Origin: Mobula hypostoma
Taxonomy: Eukaryota
Direction: 5' to 3'
Assembly: GCF_963921235.1 (NCBI RefSeq)
Contig: NC_086108.1
Coordinates: forward strand, 44,022,001 to 44,086,000
Length of the DNA: 64,000 nt
Shown here in pieces: positions 38,849 through 51,524 of the stretch. Position numbers and translations under genes: made by a program. Every line of letters begins with the position of its first letter. Position 1 is the stretch's first letter. Under the pieces are notes generated by a model. It did not search any database and was not told the DNA's origin. It was given only the letters and a program-made list of their open reading frames with translations.

Positions 38849-40313
38849 CAGTTGAAGTCAGAAGTTTACATACACTTAGGTTGATGTCATTAAAACTCAT
38901 TGTTTAACCACTCCACTGATTTCATATTAGCAAACTATAGTTTTGGGAAGACGTTGAGGACATGTACTTTGTGCATGACAGGAGTAATTTTTACAACACT
39001 TGTTTACTGACAGATTATTTCACTTTTAATTGACTATATCACAATACCAGTGGGTCAGAAGTTTACAAACAAAATCAAAAGAAATCAGCCAAGACCTCAG
39101 GAAAAAAAATTGTGGACCTCCACAAGTCTAGTTCATCCTTGGGGGCAATTTCCAAACGCCTGAAGGTACCACGTTCATCTGTAAAAACAATAGTACGCAA
39201 GTATAAACACCATGGGACCATGCAGCTGTCATACCGCTCAGGAAGGAGACGCATTCTGTCTCCTAGAGGTGAACCTACTTTGGCGCGAAAAGTAGAAATC
39301 AATCCCGGAACAACAGCAAAGGACCTTGTGAAGATGCTGGAGGAAACAGGTAGACAAGTATCTATATCCACAGTAAAATGAGTCCTATATCGACATAACC
39401 TGAAAGGCTGTTTAGCAAGGAAGAAGCCACTGCTCCAAAACTGCCATAAAAAAGCCAGACTACAGTTTGCAAGTGCACATGGCGACAAAGATCTTACTTT
39501 TTGGAGAAATGTCCTCTGGTCTGATGAAACAAAAATTGAACTGTTTGGCCATAATAATCATCGTTATGTTTGGAGGAAAAAGGGTGAGGCTTGCAAGCCG
39601 AAGAACACTATCCCAAACGTGAAGCACGGGGGTGGCAGCATCATGTTGTGAGGATGCTTTGCTGCAGGAGAGACTGGTGCACTTCACAGAATAGATGATA
39701 TCACGAGGAAGGAAAATTATGTGGATATATTGAAGCAACATCTCAAGACATCAGCCAGGAAGTTAAAGCTCGGTCACAAATGGGTCTTCCAAATGGACAA
39801 TGACCCCAAGCATATCTCCAAAGTTGTGGCAAAATTGCTTAAGGACAACAAAGTCAAGGTATTGGAGTGGCCATCACAAAGCCCTGACCTCAATCCGATA
39901 GAAAATTTTTGGACACAACTGAAAAAGCGTGTGCGATCAAGGAGGCCTACAAACCTGACTCAGTTACACCAGTTCTGTCTGGAGGAACGGAACAAAATTC
40001 CAGCGACTTATTGTGAGAAGCTTGTGGAAGGCTACCTAAAACATTTGACCCAAGTTAAACAATTTAAAGGCAATGCTACCAAATACTAACAAACTGTATG
40101 TAAACTTCTGACCCACTGGGAAAGTGATGAAAGAAATAAAAGCTGAAATAAATCATTCTCTCTACTATTTGACATTTCACATTCTTAAACTAAAGTGGTG
40201 ATCCTAACTGACCTAAGACAGGGAATGTTTTCTAGGATTAAGTGTCAGGAATTGTGAAAAACTGAGTTTAAATGTATTTGGCTAAGGTGTATGTAAACTT
40301 CTGGCTTCAACTG
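38849..40313 (+). mobile_element. Sleeping Beauty-like Tc1 transposon (IR/DR type)
   Basis: Ends CAGTTGAAGTCAGAAGTTTACATACAC / GTGTATGTAAACTTCTGGCTTCAACTG-TA; inner DRs at 39050-39070 and 40096-40116. Confidence 0.96.
39072..40089 (+). pseudogene. SB-like DD34E transposase pseudogene
   Basis: KSKEISQDLR...GRRR...WSDETKIELFG...MDNDPKH...SPDLNPIEN...KGNATKY; ATG lost, +1 frameshift in the A-run at 39102-39109, TGA stops at 39379 and 39649. Confidence 0.95.
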
Positions 40314-40315
40314 TA

Positions 40316-40400
40316 TCTCCCTCTCCCTCTCCCCTCCCCCTCCTCTCTCTCTCCCTCCCTCTCCCTCTCCCTCTCCCCTCCTCCCTCTCCCTCCCCCTCC
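40316..40400. repeat. C/T-rich low-complexity tract
   Basis: (CTCC/CT)n polypyrimidine run directly after the Tc1. Confidence 0.85.
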
Positions 40401-40419
40401 CTCCTCCAAACCCCCCCCC

Positions 40420-41610
40420 ATCTCGGGAGACAGACCATTCATTGACATCTTTTACAAAAACCTACTGACTCACAATTATCTTGATAGCCCTTCCCAATTT
40501 GCAAAAATACTATTCCTTTCTCTCATTTCTTCTGTGTCTGTCACTTCCATTCTCAGGGTGAAGCCTTCCATTCTAGAACATCTGAGATGTCCTTTCAAAG
40601 AATTGGTTTTCTCTTCCACCACCATCACTGCTGCCCTCATCCACATCTCCTCCATTTCTCACACATCTCACCCCACCTTCCCACTGTCAGAACCGAGATA
40701 GGGCTCACCTTGTTCTTACTTACCACCCCAGAAGCCTCTATATAAAACACATCATTCTCCATAAATTCTGCAACCTCCAACAAGGTCCTACCACTAAACA
40801 CATCTTTCTTTTCCCCCTCCACTTTCTGTAGGGATTGCCCTCTTCCTAACCCCTTTGTCCACTTATCCCTCCCCAATGATCTCCTTCCTCATGGATCTCC
40901 CTCCCTGCAAGTGTGACAAGTGGTACACTTGTCCCTAAACCTCCTCCTTCACCACCATGAAGTTCTTCCAGGCGCAGCAACATTTCTGCTGGGAGTTTGT
41001 CGGAGTCATCTGTTGTAGCCCATGCTCCTGGTTTGGACTCTTCTTCACTGGGTAGGCCTGATGCAGATTGGGGGACAAGTTTGTCAGGCACATTTGTCTG
41101 TCACAAAAGGCAGGATCTCCAAGTGGCTACCCATTTCGGTTTGACTTCCTATTCCCATTCTGCCATGATGAGGCCATACTCAGACTGGGGAAGCAACACC
41201 TCATATTGCACCTGTGTTTCTTTCCTCTCTTTTTCCATTCCCTGGTTACCCTCTCAGCCCTTCTCTCCACCTGCCCATCACCTCCCTCTGGTTCCTTTCC
41301 TCCTTCTTTACCCTTTACGTCTTCAAACTATTGCCTTCCAGCTTCTTACTTTAACTCCTCCCCCCATCCACCTTCCCCCCTCACTAGGTTTCACCTATCA
41401 CCTGTAACCTGTTCTCCTTCCTTTACCCCAACGATTTTATTCTGGCCTCTGTCCCCTTGTTTTTCTTTCTAGTCCTGATGAAGGACCTCAGCCCAAAATG
41501 TTGACTGTTTAATCCTCTCCATAGACGCTGCCTGACCTGCTGAGTTCCTCCTGAGTTATTTTGTATGTATTTTTCAATATTTCCAGCATCTGCAGAGTCT
41601 CTTGTGTTTA
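40420..41610 (+). mobile_element. Penelope-like element, decayed, with terminal repeat
   Basis: Collinear with 51525-52661; degenerate hammerhead agtc-ctgatga-agg...ccc-aaaa-tgtt-gact near 41471-41506. Confidence 0.85.
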
Positions 41611-42922
41611 AGATTTTATCAATAGAAGTGTGTCAGCATCAGGCAGGACACAAGTAAATTTATATTGCTTATTGACAGGTTTTAGAGGCCACTTATGATA
41701 AAGTACTAACTGAGGCTTTGCAGCGCACCCCCCCCCCCAAACATTAATATGTAAGGAATCTGAAAAAGGCTTTCACCATAATTTAATGTGAGTTCAAATA
41801 TGACTGCTGAATAGATAAAATTAGTAATGTGCTTGACCATAAAGTGGCATTCATCGGTATTCAGCTTGTCTTCATTAAGCTACTAGCAGGGGTACAGCAA
41901 TTGACTTCAAAGCATAGAAAAATTCTTAACTGTCAAATGTAATAAAAAACTAATTTCAACACATTTTCTTCAATTTTCCTTCTGGTTGTTAGTTAATGCC
42001 ATGATTTCTTTACTCTTGTGTATTAATGCCTGATCTCTTAACCTTCACTAATGTGGCCCAGATGAAAGTAGAGCACAGTGGTACACTTATCAAAGACATC
42101 TTCCCACTCCTTTTGCTGGTTGATGCTAAAAATAGTCAGCTATAGATAAGAAAAGAGACTTGTGATATAAATGCTTTTCTCCCTGTAATAAAGACTAAGT
42201 TGTATTTTAATAATGGTCTTTAAAACGGTGAATGGTTTTAAAAGACTTTACTTGATTGAAGATGCAATGAGAAGGAAGTTATCATTAACTTAAGATGCAT
42301 ACTGAGAGTGAGGAGGGAGGTTAGGAGAAATTTCTTTACATCAGAGCTTCCAAACTCTCTTGCTGTGTCCCACTTCAGGGAGACTAGGTTTTGGTGGAGT
42401 CATACCCATTCCTTATACAGTGGAAGATAGTTAATTATTGGACTTCAGCCATCTCAACCCTGGCATATTAATGCAGGTGTTCTTCAGGACAGTTCAGTGA
42501 GACAAATCATCTTTGGGTGTTTCACCAGTGTCATTTCCACCCTGAATTGGGCTCATAAATAGGAAACAACATTCTCACTACTGTACTCAGGTGCTTGGCA
42601 GTGGCCATTACTCATTAGCATCTCTAGCTTTGCTGCTATCAACACTTTCAGTATCACCATTGACCAGAACTCAACCAGAACAGTCATGCAGGTACTGCTT
42701 CACTGACAGCATTTCAGAAGTTAGATACCTTGCAATAAGTGACTCATCTTCAGCTGCTGACATCTTTTCATAACCTGCATGGTGCAATGTAACTGTGTGA
42801 TAGGATACTCCTCTTGCTTGGATGAGTGGAACTCCAGCAACAGTTAAATTTGACATATTCCACGAAAAAGCAGTACACTTACTTCCCACCCCATCTACCA
42901 ACTTAGTTATTCACTCTTTTGA

Positions 42923-43391
42923 ATGAATGAATGAATGAAATTTATTTCGGTCAGTACAAACATAACAAAAAGCATGATTTCATGGGACAAAATTACAACA
43001 AAAAACATAGGTATTCCTTAAAACAGACTGAAAGTGTGTAGGCTGAAGCTACAGCTTACTATGCCTACTTCTCTTACTTATACAACAACATATTTGGCGT
43101 CAATCATCACATCAAAACAAAAAATTTCATAATCTTTTAACACAGAGGCCAATTCCATGTATCATTTATTTACATTACTCCCATTCATTTAAAATCATGT
43201 ATTTTATATTTGTTCATTAAATTATTTTTAAATAATTTTTTAAGCTTGTTAAGTGTGGTGCATGTTTTTAAATTCTCACTACAACTGTTCCATAGATTCC
43301 CCCCTGACTGAAATACAATAATTTTTTACATTTGATCTTAACCTTTGTTTTTGAAGTATATATGTTCCTCCCAAATCATGTTGACTTTCTC
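42923..43391 (-). mobile_element. L2/Crack-like LINE 3' end
   Basis: 12-bp TSD TCACTCTTTTGA (42911-42922 / 43392-43403); minus strand AATAAA plus (TTCA)n tail; ORF2-end-like RSNVK..CISVRG..LWN. Confidence 0.75.
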
Positions 43392-43505
43392 TCACTCTTT
43401 TGACCATTGGTAGACTATGGCTGCAGTATATACCATTTCTAAAGTGCACTGTAATTACTCAACCAGTATACTTATTCAGCACTTCCCAAGCCGGCAATCT
43501 CTACC

Positions 43506-43670
43506 ACACAAAAAGTGCTGGAGGAACTCAGCAGATCTGGCGGTCTGTATGGAGGGAAACAGTCCATGTTTCGGCTTGAGACCCTTCATTTGGATTTCCT
43601 GTGAAATGTTGGCTGTCCACTTATCTCCTTAAATGCTGCATGACCTGCTGATTTCCTCCAGCACCTATGT
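43506..43670. mobile_element. Palindromic PLE terminal-repeat derivative
   Basis: gtgctggaggaactcagcag ... ctgctgatttcctccagcac inverted arms around a degenerate hammerhead. Confidence 0.75.
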
Positions 43671-45242
43671 TATTGCAGGCTCTACCATCAATATGAGGAA
43701 CAGATTCCTGGGAACGCCAGTGCCCAAACATGCAGCAAGCCAAGAATATATTATCTTGTTGGGTCTAGATCCACAAAAGCATTGTGGGTCTATTTTTCCA
43801 TGAGCATGACAACAGCACTTCAAGAGGTGACTCACCGTTATCTTTTTGAGGACAATTAGAGATGGACCGTGAAAGCCAAAAAAAAATTATGCTATAACTG
43901 CAGCATAAAACAGCTACATCTATACTGCATGAAATACAAAATGTTTTGAAGTCTGATGTTTTAGGGATTTTACGAATTCCTTGAAAATTTGTTTTTGGGA
44001 TTACAATGTCAAATTTTGGTCCATTAAATCAGTTTTTCATTTGACCTTCTAAGCAGTTAATTCTGCTGGTTAACTATTTAACCAAATAGCAGGTGAAAGA
44101 AGGAGCTTGTAGCTGAGTGAGACTGAAAGTAAATATCTTTCAGTTTAACCGTCTATGCTAACAACATCCTGAAGTCTTATTTAGAAGTATCAGTCGTTGC
44201 AGATTTTGCTTTCTAATCTCAGTAAAGTTGCAGATATACAGATGAATATATTCTCTTGTATTACTTAAATAAAACCCTTTAGAAGAATGTTATGGATGTC
44301 TCAGAGATTGTTATATCACTTTAGATTTTAAGAAACAAAGTAGCCAATATATGAATAAACCACATAATATACCTTTGTTGTATAATGGCCAAATTAAGAA
44401 TATGTGAACCACACCCATGAAGAATCAATGGCTTTTTTCAGTTATGTCTGGTCTCAATTTATTGCATATCTGAGTTAGCACAAAATGTGCAGTCACTCAG
44501 ACCGTTAACATCCTGCCTTTATCATGAGAAGGACAATATATTAAAAAGCCACACCTAAACTGTTACAAAAGAAACCCAAATTTCACACATTTCTATAATA
44601 CAATTGATAAACAATGGCAGAGTCAGACAACCTTCACAAAATACAGTATTACAATAATAGAGAGAGAGGAATAGAAGAAAGGAGCTTTACTTTATAGCAG
44701 CAGTGTCACCAACAATGCTCTGACCTAGAATACCAGCGTGTGACTCCACACTCAGACATGCTTTCACAGGAGTTGCTGACCAGAAATGTGATATAGTTTC
44801 ATACTGAGCGTCACCTGGTATACTGAGGGCCAGCAGCAGACTAGATGCAATAACTCAAAATATCTCTGCCATTCAACAAGATTGTGGCTGGTCTACCACC
44901 TGAAAATTTCTCTGCCCTCCCTCCCCCTCCCCTCAGTCCTCTACTGTCCAGGTCTATCAATTTCAGTTTGAATGCAGACTGAGCCCACCCTCCGGGATAG
45001 AGAATTCCAAAGATTTACCACTTCTCTTCATTTCAGTCCGAGGTGCCATACATCATACACCTTATTGTGCAAAACTGAGCCTTAGTCCTAGACTCCTCAG
45101 CCAGGATAAGCAACACCTCCCTCCGCCCTGCCCCCCAGATTTACCCTTTCAAGCCTCCCACGGAGGTTACATTGTTTTAGTAATTAAATAGAAGCCCTAC
45201 TTGCTCAAATTTCTCCTCATCTCCTTACTGGTCTTACAATTT

Positions 45243-45968
45243 CAGAGGATATGTTCTGGGCCCAGCATGTAAGTGCAGTTACAAAGAAAGCATGGCAGCG
45301 CCTCAACCTCCTTAGAAGATTGCGTACATTCATCATGAAATCTAAAACTTTGACAAACTTCTATAGATGTGTGGTGGTGAGTATGTTGGTAGGTTGCATT
45401 ACAGCATGGTATGGGAACGGCAATGCTCTTGAATGGAATATCCTCCAGAAAGTAGTGGATGCTGCCCAGTCCATCATGGGTAAAGCCCTTCCCATCATTA
45501 CGCATATCTACACGGAGCGCTGGCGCAGGAAACTAGCATTCATCTTCAAGGACTCCCACCACCCAGACGATCTCTCCTCTTACTACTGCTATCAGGAAGA
45601 AGGTTCAGGAGCCTCAGGACCCACAACACCAGGTTCAGGAACAATTAGTACCCTTCAGCTACCAGGTTCTTAAACCAATGGGGATAACTTCCCTCAACCT
45701 CACTCACCCCATCATTAAACTGTGCCCACAATCTATGGATTCACTTTCAAGGACTCTTCATCTCATGTTCTCAATATTTATTGCTTACTTGTTTATTATT
45801 ATATTATTTTCTTTTGTACTTGCACATTGGTTGGTTGTCCATCTTGTTGGGTGTGGTCTTTCATTGATTCTATTGTGTTCCTTGGATTTATTGAATATGC
45901 CACAAGAAAATGAATCAGGGTTGTATATTGTGACATATATGTACTTCAATAATAAATGTACTTTGAAC
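45243..45968 (+). mobile_element. Rex1 LINE 3' end
   Basis: KKAWQRL..LRRLR.F...KTLTNFYRCVV.SML.GCITAWYG; ends aataaatgtactttgaac. Confidence 0.88.
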
Positions 45969-46481
45969 TCTATTGTCATCCCAGGAACCGAAGCTGCTCT
46001 TCCTCTATTACAAGTGCATCCTTTTTTAGGTAAGGCAACCAAATTTATACATAGTATTCTGGGTGAAGTTTTATCAAGGCCCTATATACTCATAACAAGA
46101 CATTCTTGTTCTTGGGGTCAAATTTCCTTGCAATAAAGACCATATTATTTGCCTTCTAAATCATGTGCTGCACATCTATACTAACTTTCAATGATCTGTA
46201 TATAGCGTTATAGAGTCAAAGAATACTACAGTACAGAAGCAGGTCCTTAAGTCCATCTAGTCCATGCTTGATGAGGCATGTGAATAACTTATCCCAATTA
46301 ACTGAACTGAAAGACCTCACCCTGAGCTCCAAGTTATATAATGGAAGTCCTCAGCGGGTGACATGCACCAAACATAGTCATTGGCTGATGTGAATGTTAA
46401 TTGCAATTATTTAATTTTCAAAAAGACCCTCAATTCTGTAGCTCTGTGATTATAAACCTAAAAAAATCATGAATATTGGGC

Positions 46482-47700
46482 GACACACACAATTCTGGAG
46501 GAGCTCAGCAGGCCAGACAGCATCTGTGGAAAAGAGCACAGTCGATGTTTTCGGGCGAGGCCCTTCAACAGGACTGGAGAAAAAAGCTGAGGAGAAGATT
46601 TAAGTTGGGGGGGGAGGGGAGAGGGAAACACCTGGAGGGGGAGGAATGAAGTAAAGAGCTAGGAAGTTGATTGCTGAAAGAGACAGAAAGCCATGGAAGA
46701 AGGGGGGAGGAGCACAGAGGGAGGCGATGAGCGGGCAAGGAGATAAGGTGAGAGAGGGAAAAGGGGATGGGAAATGATGAGGGAGTGGGGAAGAGGGCTG
46801 TGGGGCATTACCAGAAGTTCGAGAAATCAATGTTCATGCCATCAGGTTGGAGGCTACCCAGACGGAATATAAGGTGTTGTTCCTCCAACCGAAGTGTGGC
46901 CTCATCACAACAGTAGAGGAGGCCATGGATAGACATATCGGAAAAGGAATGGGAAGTGCAATTAAAATGGGTGGCCACTGGGAGATCCTGCTTTTTCTGG
47001 TGGACAGACCATAGGTGCTCGGCAAAGCGGTCTTCCAACCTACATTGGGTATCACCAATTACAGGAGTACCGGGCACAGTATGTGACTCCAGCAAACTCA
47101 CAGGGAGTGTCACCTCACCTGGAAGGACTGCTGAGGATCCTGAGCGGTAGTGAGGGAGGAGATGTAGGGGCAGGTGTAGCACTTGTTCTGCTTGCAAGGG
47201 TAAGTGCTAGGAGGGAGATCACTGGGGAGAGATGAATGGACAAGGAAGTTGTGTAGGGAGCAATCCCTGCAGAAAGCAGGGGTGGGGAGAGGGAAAGATG
47301 TGTTTGGTGATGGGATCCCGTTGGAGATGGCGGAAGTTACGGAGAATTATATGCTGGATGTGGAGGCTGGTGGGGTGGTAGGTGAGAACAAGAGGAAGTC
47401 AATCCCTGGTAGGGTGGCAGGAGGATAGAGTAAGAACCGATGTGTGTGAAATGGAAGAAATGCGGTGGAGGAAGGGAAGCCCCTTTCTTTGAAAAAGGAG
47501 GCTACCTCCTTTGTTCTAGAATGAAGAGTCTCATCCTGAGAGCAGATGCAGCGGAGATGGTGGAATTAAGAGAAGGGGATGGTGTTTTTACAAGTGACAG
47601 GATGGGTAGTCCAGGTAGCTGTGAGAGTCCGTGGGTTTATTATAGCCATCAGTGGGTAAGCTGTCTCCAGAGATAGAGACAGTGAGATCGAGAAAGGGGA
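46482..47700 (-). mobile_element. Penelope-like element 3' part with terminal repeat
   Basis: RLEDRFAEH...PVATHFN...RLEEQHLIFRLGSLQPDGMNIDFSNF; degenerate hammerhead at ~46540-46575. Confidence 0.88.
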
Positions 47701-47922
47701 GCGAGGTGCTGAGAAAGGGGGTGTTGAGCCATAATTTTAAATTTTATAAGCTATAGAGTTAAGTAGCTTCACTTTGTATTTATCTTATAATATTATCCAA
47801 TGATTTCAGCTGAATTATAAACAATATCCTTACCACCCATGTAATATGCTATCATTAAATCTCCTACACTGGCAGTGTATTTTTTGCTACTCTTAGAAAC
47901 ATTGCTCTGATTTGCTTTACAG

Positions 47923-48027
47923 GTGTTTGATTTTTCACTCAGTGAAGAAGATATGACATCCCTAAACTCACTTGAGGATAACAAAAAGCAGGTTACACTG
48001 AAATTTCCTTTATGGAAGGAACATTAA
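47923..48027 (+). CDS. AKR terminal exon B (distal, duplicated alternative last exon)
   Basis: ctctgatttgctttacAG acceptor, phase 0; VFDFSLSEEDMTSLNSLEDNKKQVTLKFPLWKEH then TAA; 11 of the first 19 residues identical to exon A. Confidence 0.82.
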   Translation: MFDFSLSEEDMTSLNSLEDNKKQVTLKFPLWKEH

Positions 48028-49937
48028 TTTCATTCAGAACTGATGACTGCCAAGGTGGATCCCTCCAGTGAACATATTCAAGGAATGCTCATATGACCCT
48101 AATTTTGACTGTAGCCACAGTATTCACACCGTGAAGATTCCTAGTATTGGTTAACCTCTTTGGATGGAGTGCCACTACAGGAAAACCTGACGTCAGGTAC
48201 CTTACTCAAATAGAAGGTGATTTCTATTGTTGAACTTAATAGTACACTAATCCATATTCATAACACTGGGAATTGAAGCCCATTCTATTTCAGGCATTCA
48301 ATGATATATTCATTTATTTCATTACTCATTAACTCTATAAGACAATTGGTCCATAATCAGATGCAATCAGAAGACACTGAATGCAATTTTCCCAATATGT
48401 GGGAAAATACTATTACAAAATCAAAGGTGAAATGCAGATTCTTTTAAACTTTTAGCCTCAGATTTTTGAGAGTTGAGTTTAAAAAGATTTGGTTTTTATT
48501 TGTTATCTTACTGTACTGTTAATCCTTCTTTAACTGTTTCTTTGAATGATCAGTATTCCAGAGACTGAACTATGCACAGAATGTTTAAAGCCATTTGATT
48601 TTTTTTCTCAAAAAGAGATTTGCCTTTCAAAAAAAAACTAAGTGCTTGCAACTGAAATAGAATCCTGTATTAATTACTTGAATTGTTAGTGTTTATATTT
48701 TAATTAAAATGTTTATTTTTTAAAAATATCACAGTCACATCTATTCTTTGAAGGAAAACCAACCAACTAATATGTCATTAAGAATTTAATGATGGAAAAA
48801 ATAGTAATTGGAGTTTAGCTTGAGTTTTGCTGCTGCTATCGAAAATTCATCAGAAATCTTCACTACTGCCTTCACATAAAAGTTATGTCACTGTATAAAG
48901 ATGAAAACTGACTACTAATTTGGAATGTGGATGTTTTGCACTAAGCTTGAATTTTACCAATTCAATTGCAAATAGCCGATTCAAAAATAGACGGTCCAGC
49001 TCAACACCACAGTTTATGCCAAGCAACATCTGGAGTGACAAATTGGCAGCTCCTTCTTTAGCAGAATAAGCATGTACTGTTCCTGATCATAATGAATTGT
49101 GAGGATGATCTCCACAAAACCCTTACGCTGGAATTCTGCTTTCAACTGGAGCCTCTGAGGGACAATAACAGAACAAACACTAGCACACAGTAAAAGAATT
49201 GTAGTCAGATGATGGCCAGTTGTGAATTGGCTAACGTTCTCCAGCATGTGGTCCAGAAATTGGAACCCTACTGATCACTAGTCGATCAAGTGCTGTTTCC
49301 TAATTGTTCAAACTCTGCAAATCTATAAATCATGTGACTCTGCAAATGTTATACAACAATTTGTGGAAAAGGAGCAAAAACAAACTACCTCTTTTCACCA
49401 GGTTCATCAGCATAGAAACAAAATAATGAATTCATGGTTATTAGATGGACTTATTCAGAGTTTCTTTATCATCTATAAATGAATGGAATGCATTTTCATT
49501 TGTGATAAATAGAAATATGTTGGAAAGTAAAGAGGCATTGAGTTTATAACATTCATTTTCAAAGCCTGAAACTGAAGAATCTGCAACTAGTGGTTTGAAA
49601 TGTCTGTCAGGTGTATCGGGATATTGGTCTGTACTGATAAAGCCATACTGCACACACACTCTTTTGTAACTCAGGTTTAGGTATGATAATCATAGTTATG
49701 GATACTGAACAGTTTACTTATGGTGCTGGAATCCAGTATTCTGCGTAGTGAATGAAAATTTGCTGATGTGACACCAATCTTATTCTGTGGTTCAGTTATG
49801 ACATGACATTGGGTGTAGCATAAAGAGCTTCTCACGCCTACTGTACCTGACCTGATGTGATTCATATTCTGTAAGACTGGCATTGTTTTGTATCAAACCA
49901 ATACTTTAACTGACATGCAAATGTTCAGAAGGGCAGA

Positions 49938-49943
49938 AATAAA
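49938..49943 (+). promoter_or_regulatory. Candidate polyadenylation signal for isoform B
   Basis: AATAAA near the end of a ~1.9-kb stretch with no recognisable TE after exon B, followed by T/GT-rich sequence. Confidence 0.4.
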
Positions 49944-51524
49944 CATTTCTGTAGCTGCAGCATGATTGTTTTTAGAATTTAGTACCTTCTGTTTTTCTTG
50001 CATCAGTACTTTAACTTCTAATTTTAATACTTGACAGAACATGTGCAGAAACAACAGGCCTCCAAACTTTTAAGCTCAAAATGCAAACTGTACAAGCTTG
50101 ACATACAATAAGAAGAATAGTTTTAAAAACCTAAACCCAAAGTCATCAAGCCCTCTCAGGTGGGAACAGATCATGCTGAACAGGTTATCTAGCATCTGGA
50201 GAAAGAGAAAGAATTAGCATTTTTGGTGAATAACCAGTCATGAGAACTGCAGGAAGTTAGAAATGGATAAGTTGGAGAAGCAGAGGGGAAAGGCAGATAG
50301 AACAGAACAGTATAGTGAAGTACAGAACAGGAGAGGAGTTGTTTCCCTCTGACGAATTTAGGCCATATTGTTCTCAGGTGCCTGTTGCTAGGTACTCTGG
50401 GGGACAATTAAGATCTAGCCTTGTAATACCAACCTAGAGGCCTGTAAAGCATATAAAATACTAAGCCAACCCCTCAGCAACTACAGCCCACTCAATTCTT
50501 TATTAACCCTAGCAATAAAACTAAACAGCACCACACTCAAACTAGCTTCCTGGCTGGTGCATACTCTATTCTCCCTCAAAAGCCTTTATGCACATCACTC
50601 AACCCTTGACTATGAACTTGAACTACCAACCAGTCAGCCACCTCACCACCAACAACATAGCCAGAAAGCTGTAATTCTTTCCCCAAAAATAAAAAAAATC
50701 TAGTAAGCTTTCCCCTCTACTACGCTTGCCTACATACAGGAAGATTGCAGATGTTAACTTTTTTCCTTCACCACCCAACTCCTCCACCACATTAAGTGTA
50801 GAAGCCTCATAAGTAACGACAGAAGAGAACAAAATTATTGTTTTTATCTTCCTACACATTACATCGAAGCATTTCCCATGACACTAATTTAAGCATTAAA
50901 CATTTCTGCATTCTGAAATTCAAATATGGAAACTGAAAAACTGTAGTTACTGGTCCCTCCAGAACTTCCTCTTTTAAGTACTGATAGATAAAATGTTATA
51001 TAAAATGTTGTAATATGATCATTGAGAACTTAGGCCATCAGGTCCTCCAGGTGGTTAGCAAGTTAGACATAATCAGAAGTTTAAACATGAGCGGTATTAG
51101 CGAGCTTATATACTGAAGCTAGCATATCAAATGTTGCATGCATCAACTGCACCAGCATGTGTCCCAAACATGTTGAATCCAAAGTCCTTATTCTCTCATG
51201 GGTGGATTATGTGCTGTCTCTTTCAATACCATTTTGATAATGTCGCTGAAGTTTTAAAATGAAACTTAGAAAGTTCTCACATGATGCAGGGAGGATGTTT
51301 CCCCTGGTTGAGGAGCCTCGTCCCGGAGCCACAGTCTCAGAGTGAGCAATCAGCCACTGAAAACTAACATGAGGCAAATCATCTTTCGTCAGAGCATGGT
51401 GAATGTTTGAAACTCTCTGCTGTGGAGGCTCAGTCATTTGGTCTTTTAAAGAGAGATATTGATAAATCTGAAATATGATGGGAATTGAAGGATAAGCAGC
51501 AGGCAATCAGCGGTCCGAAGTGTG

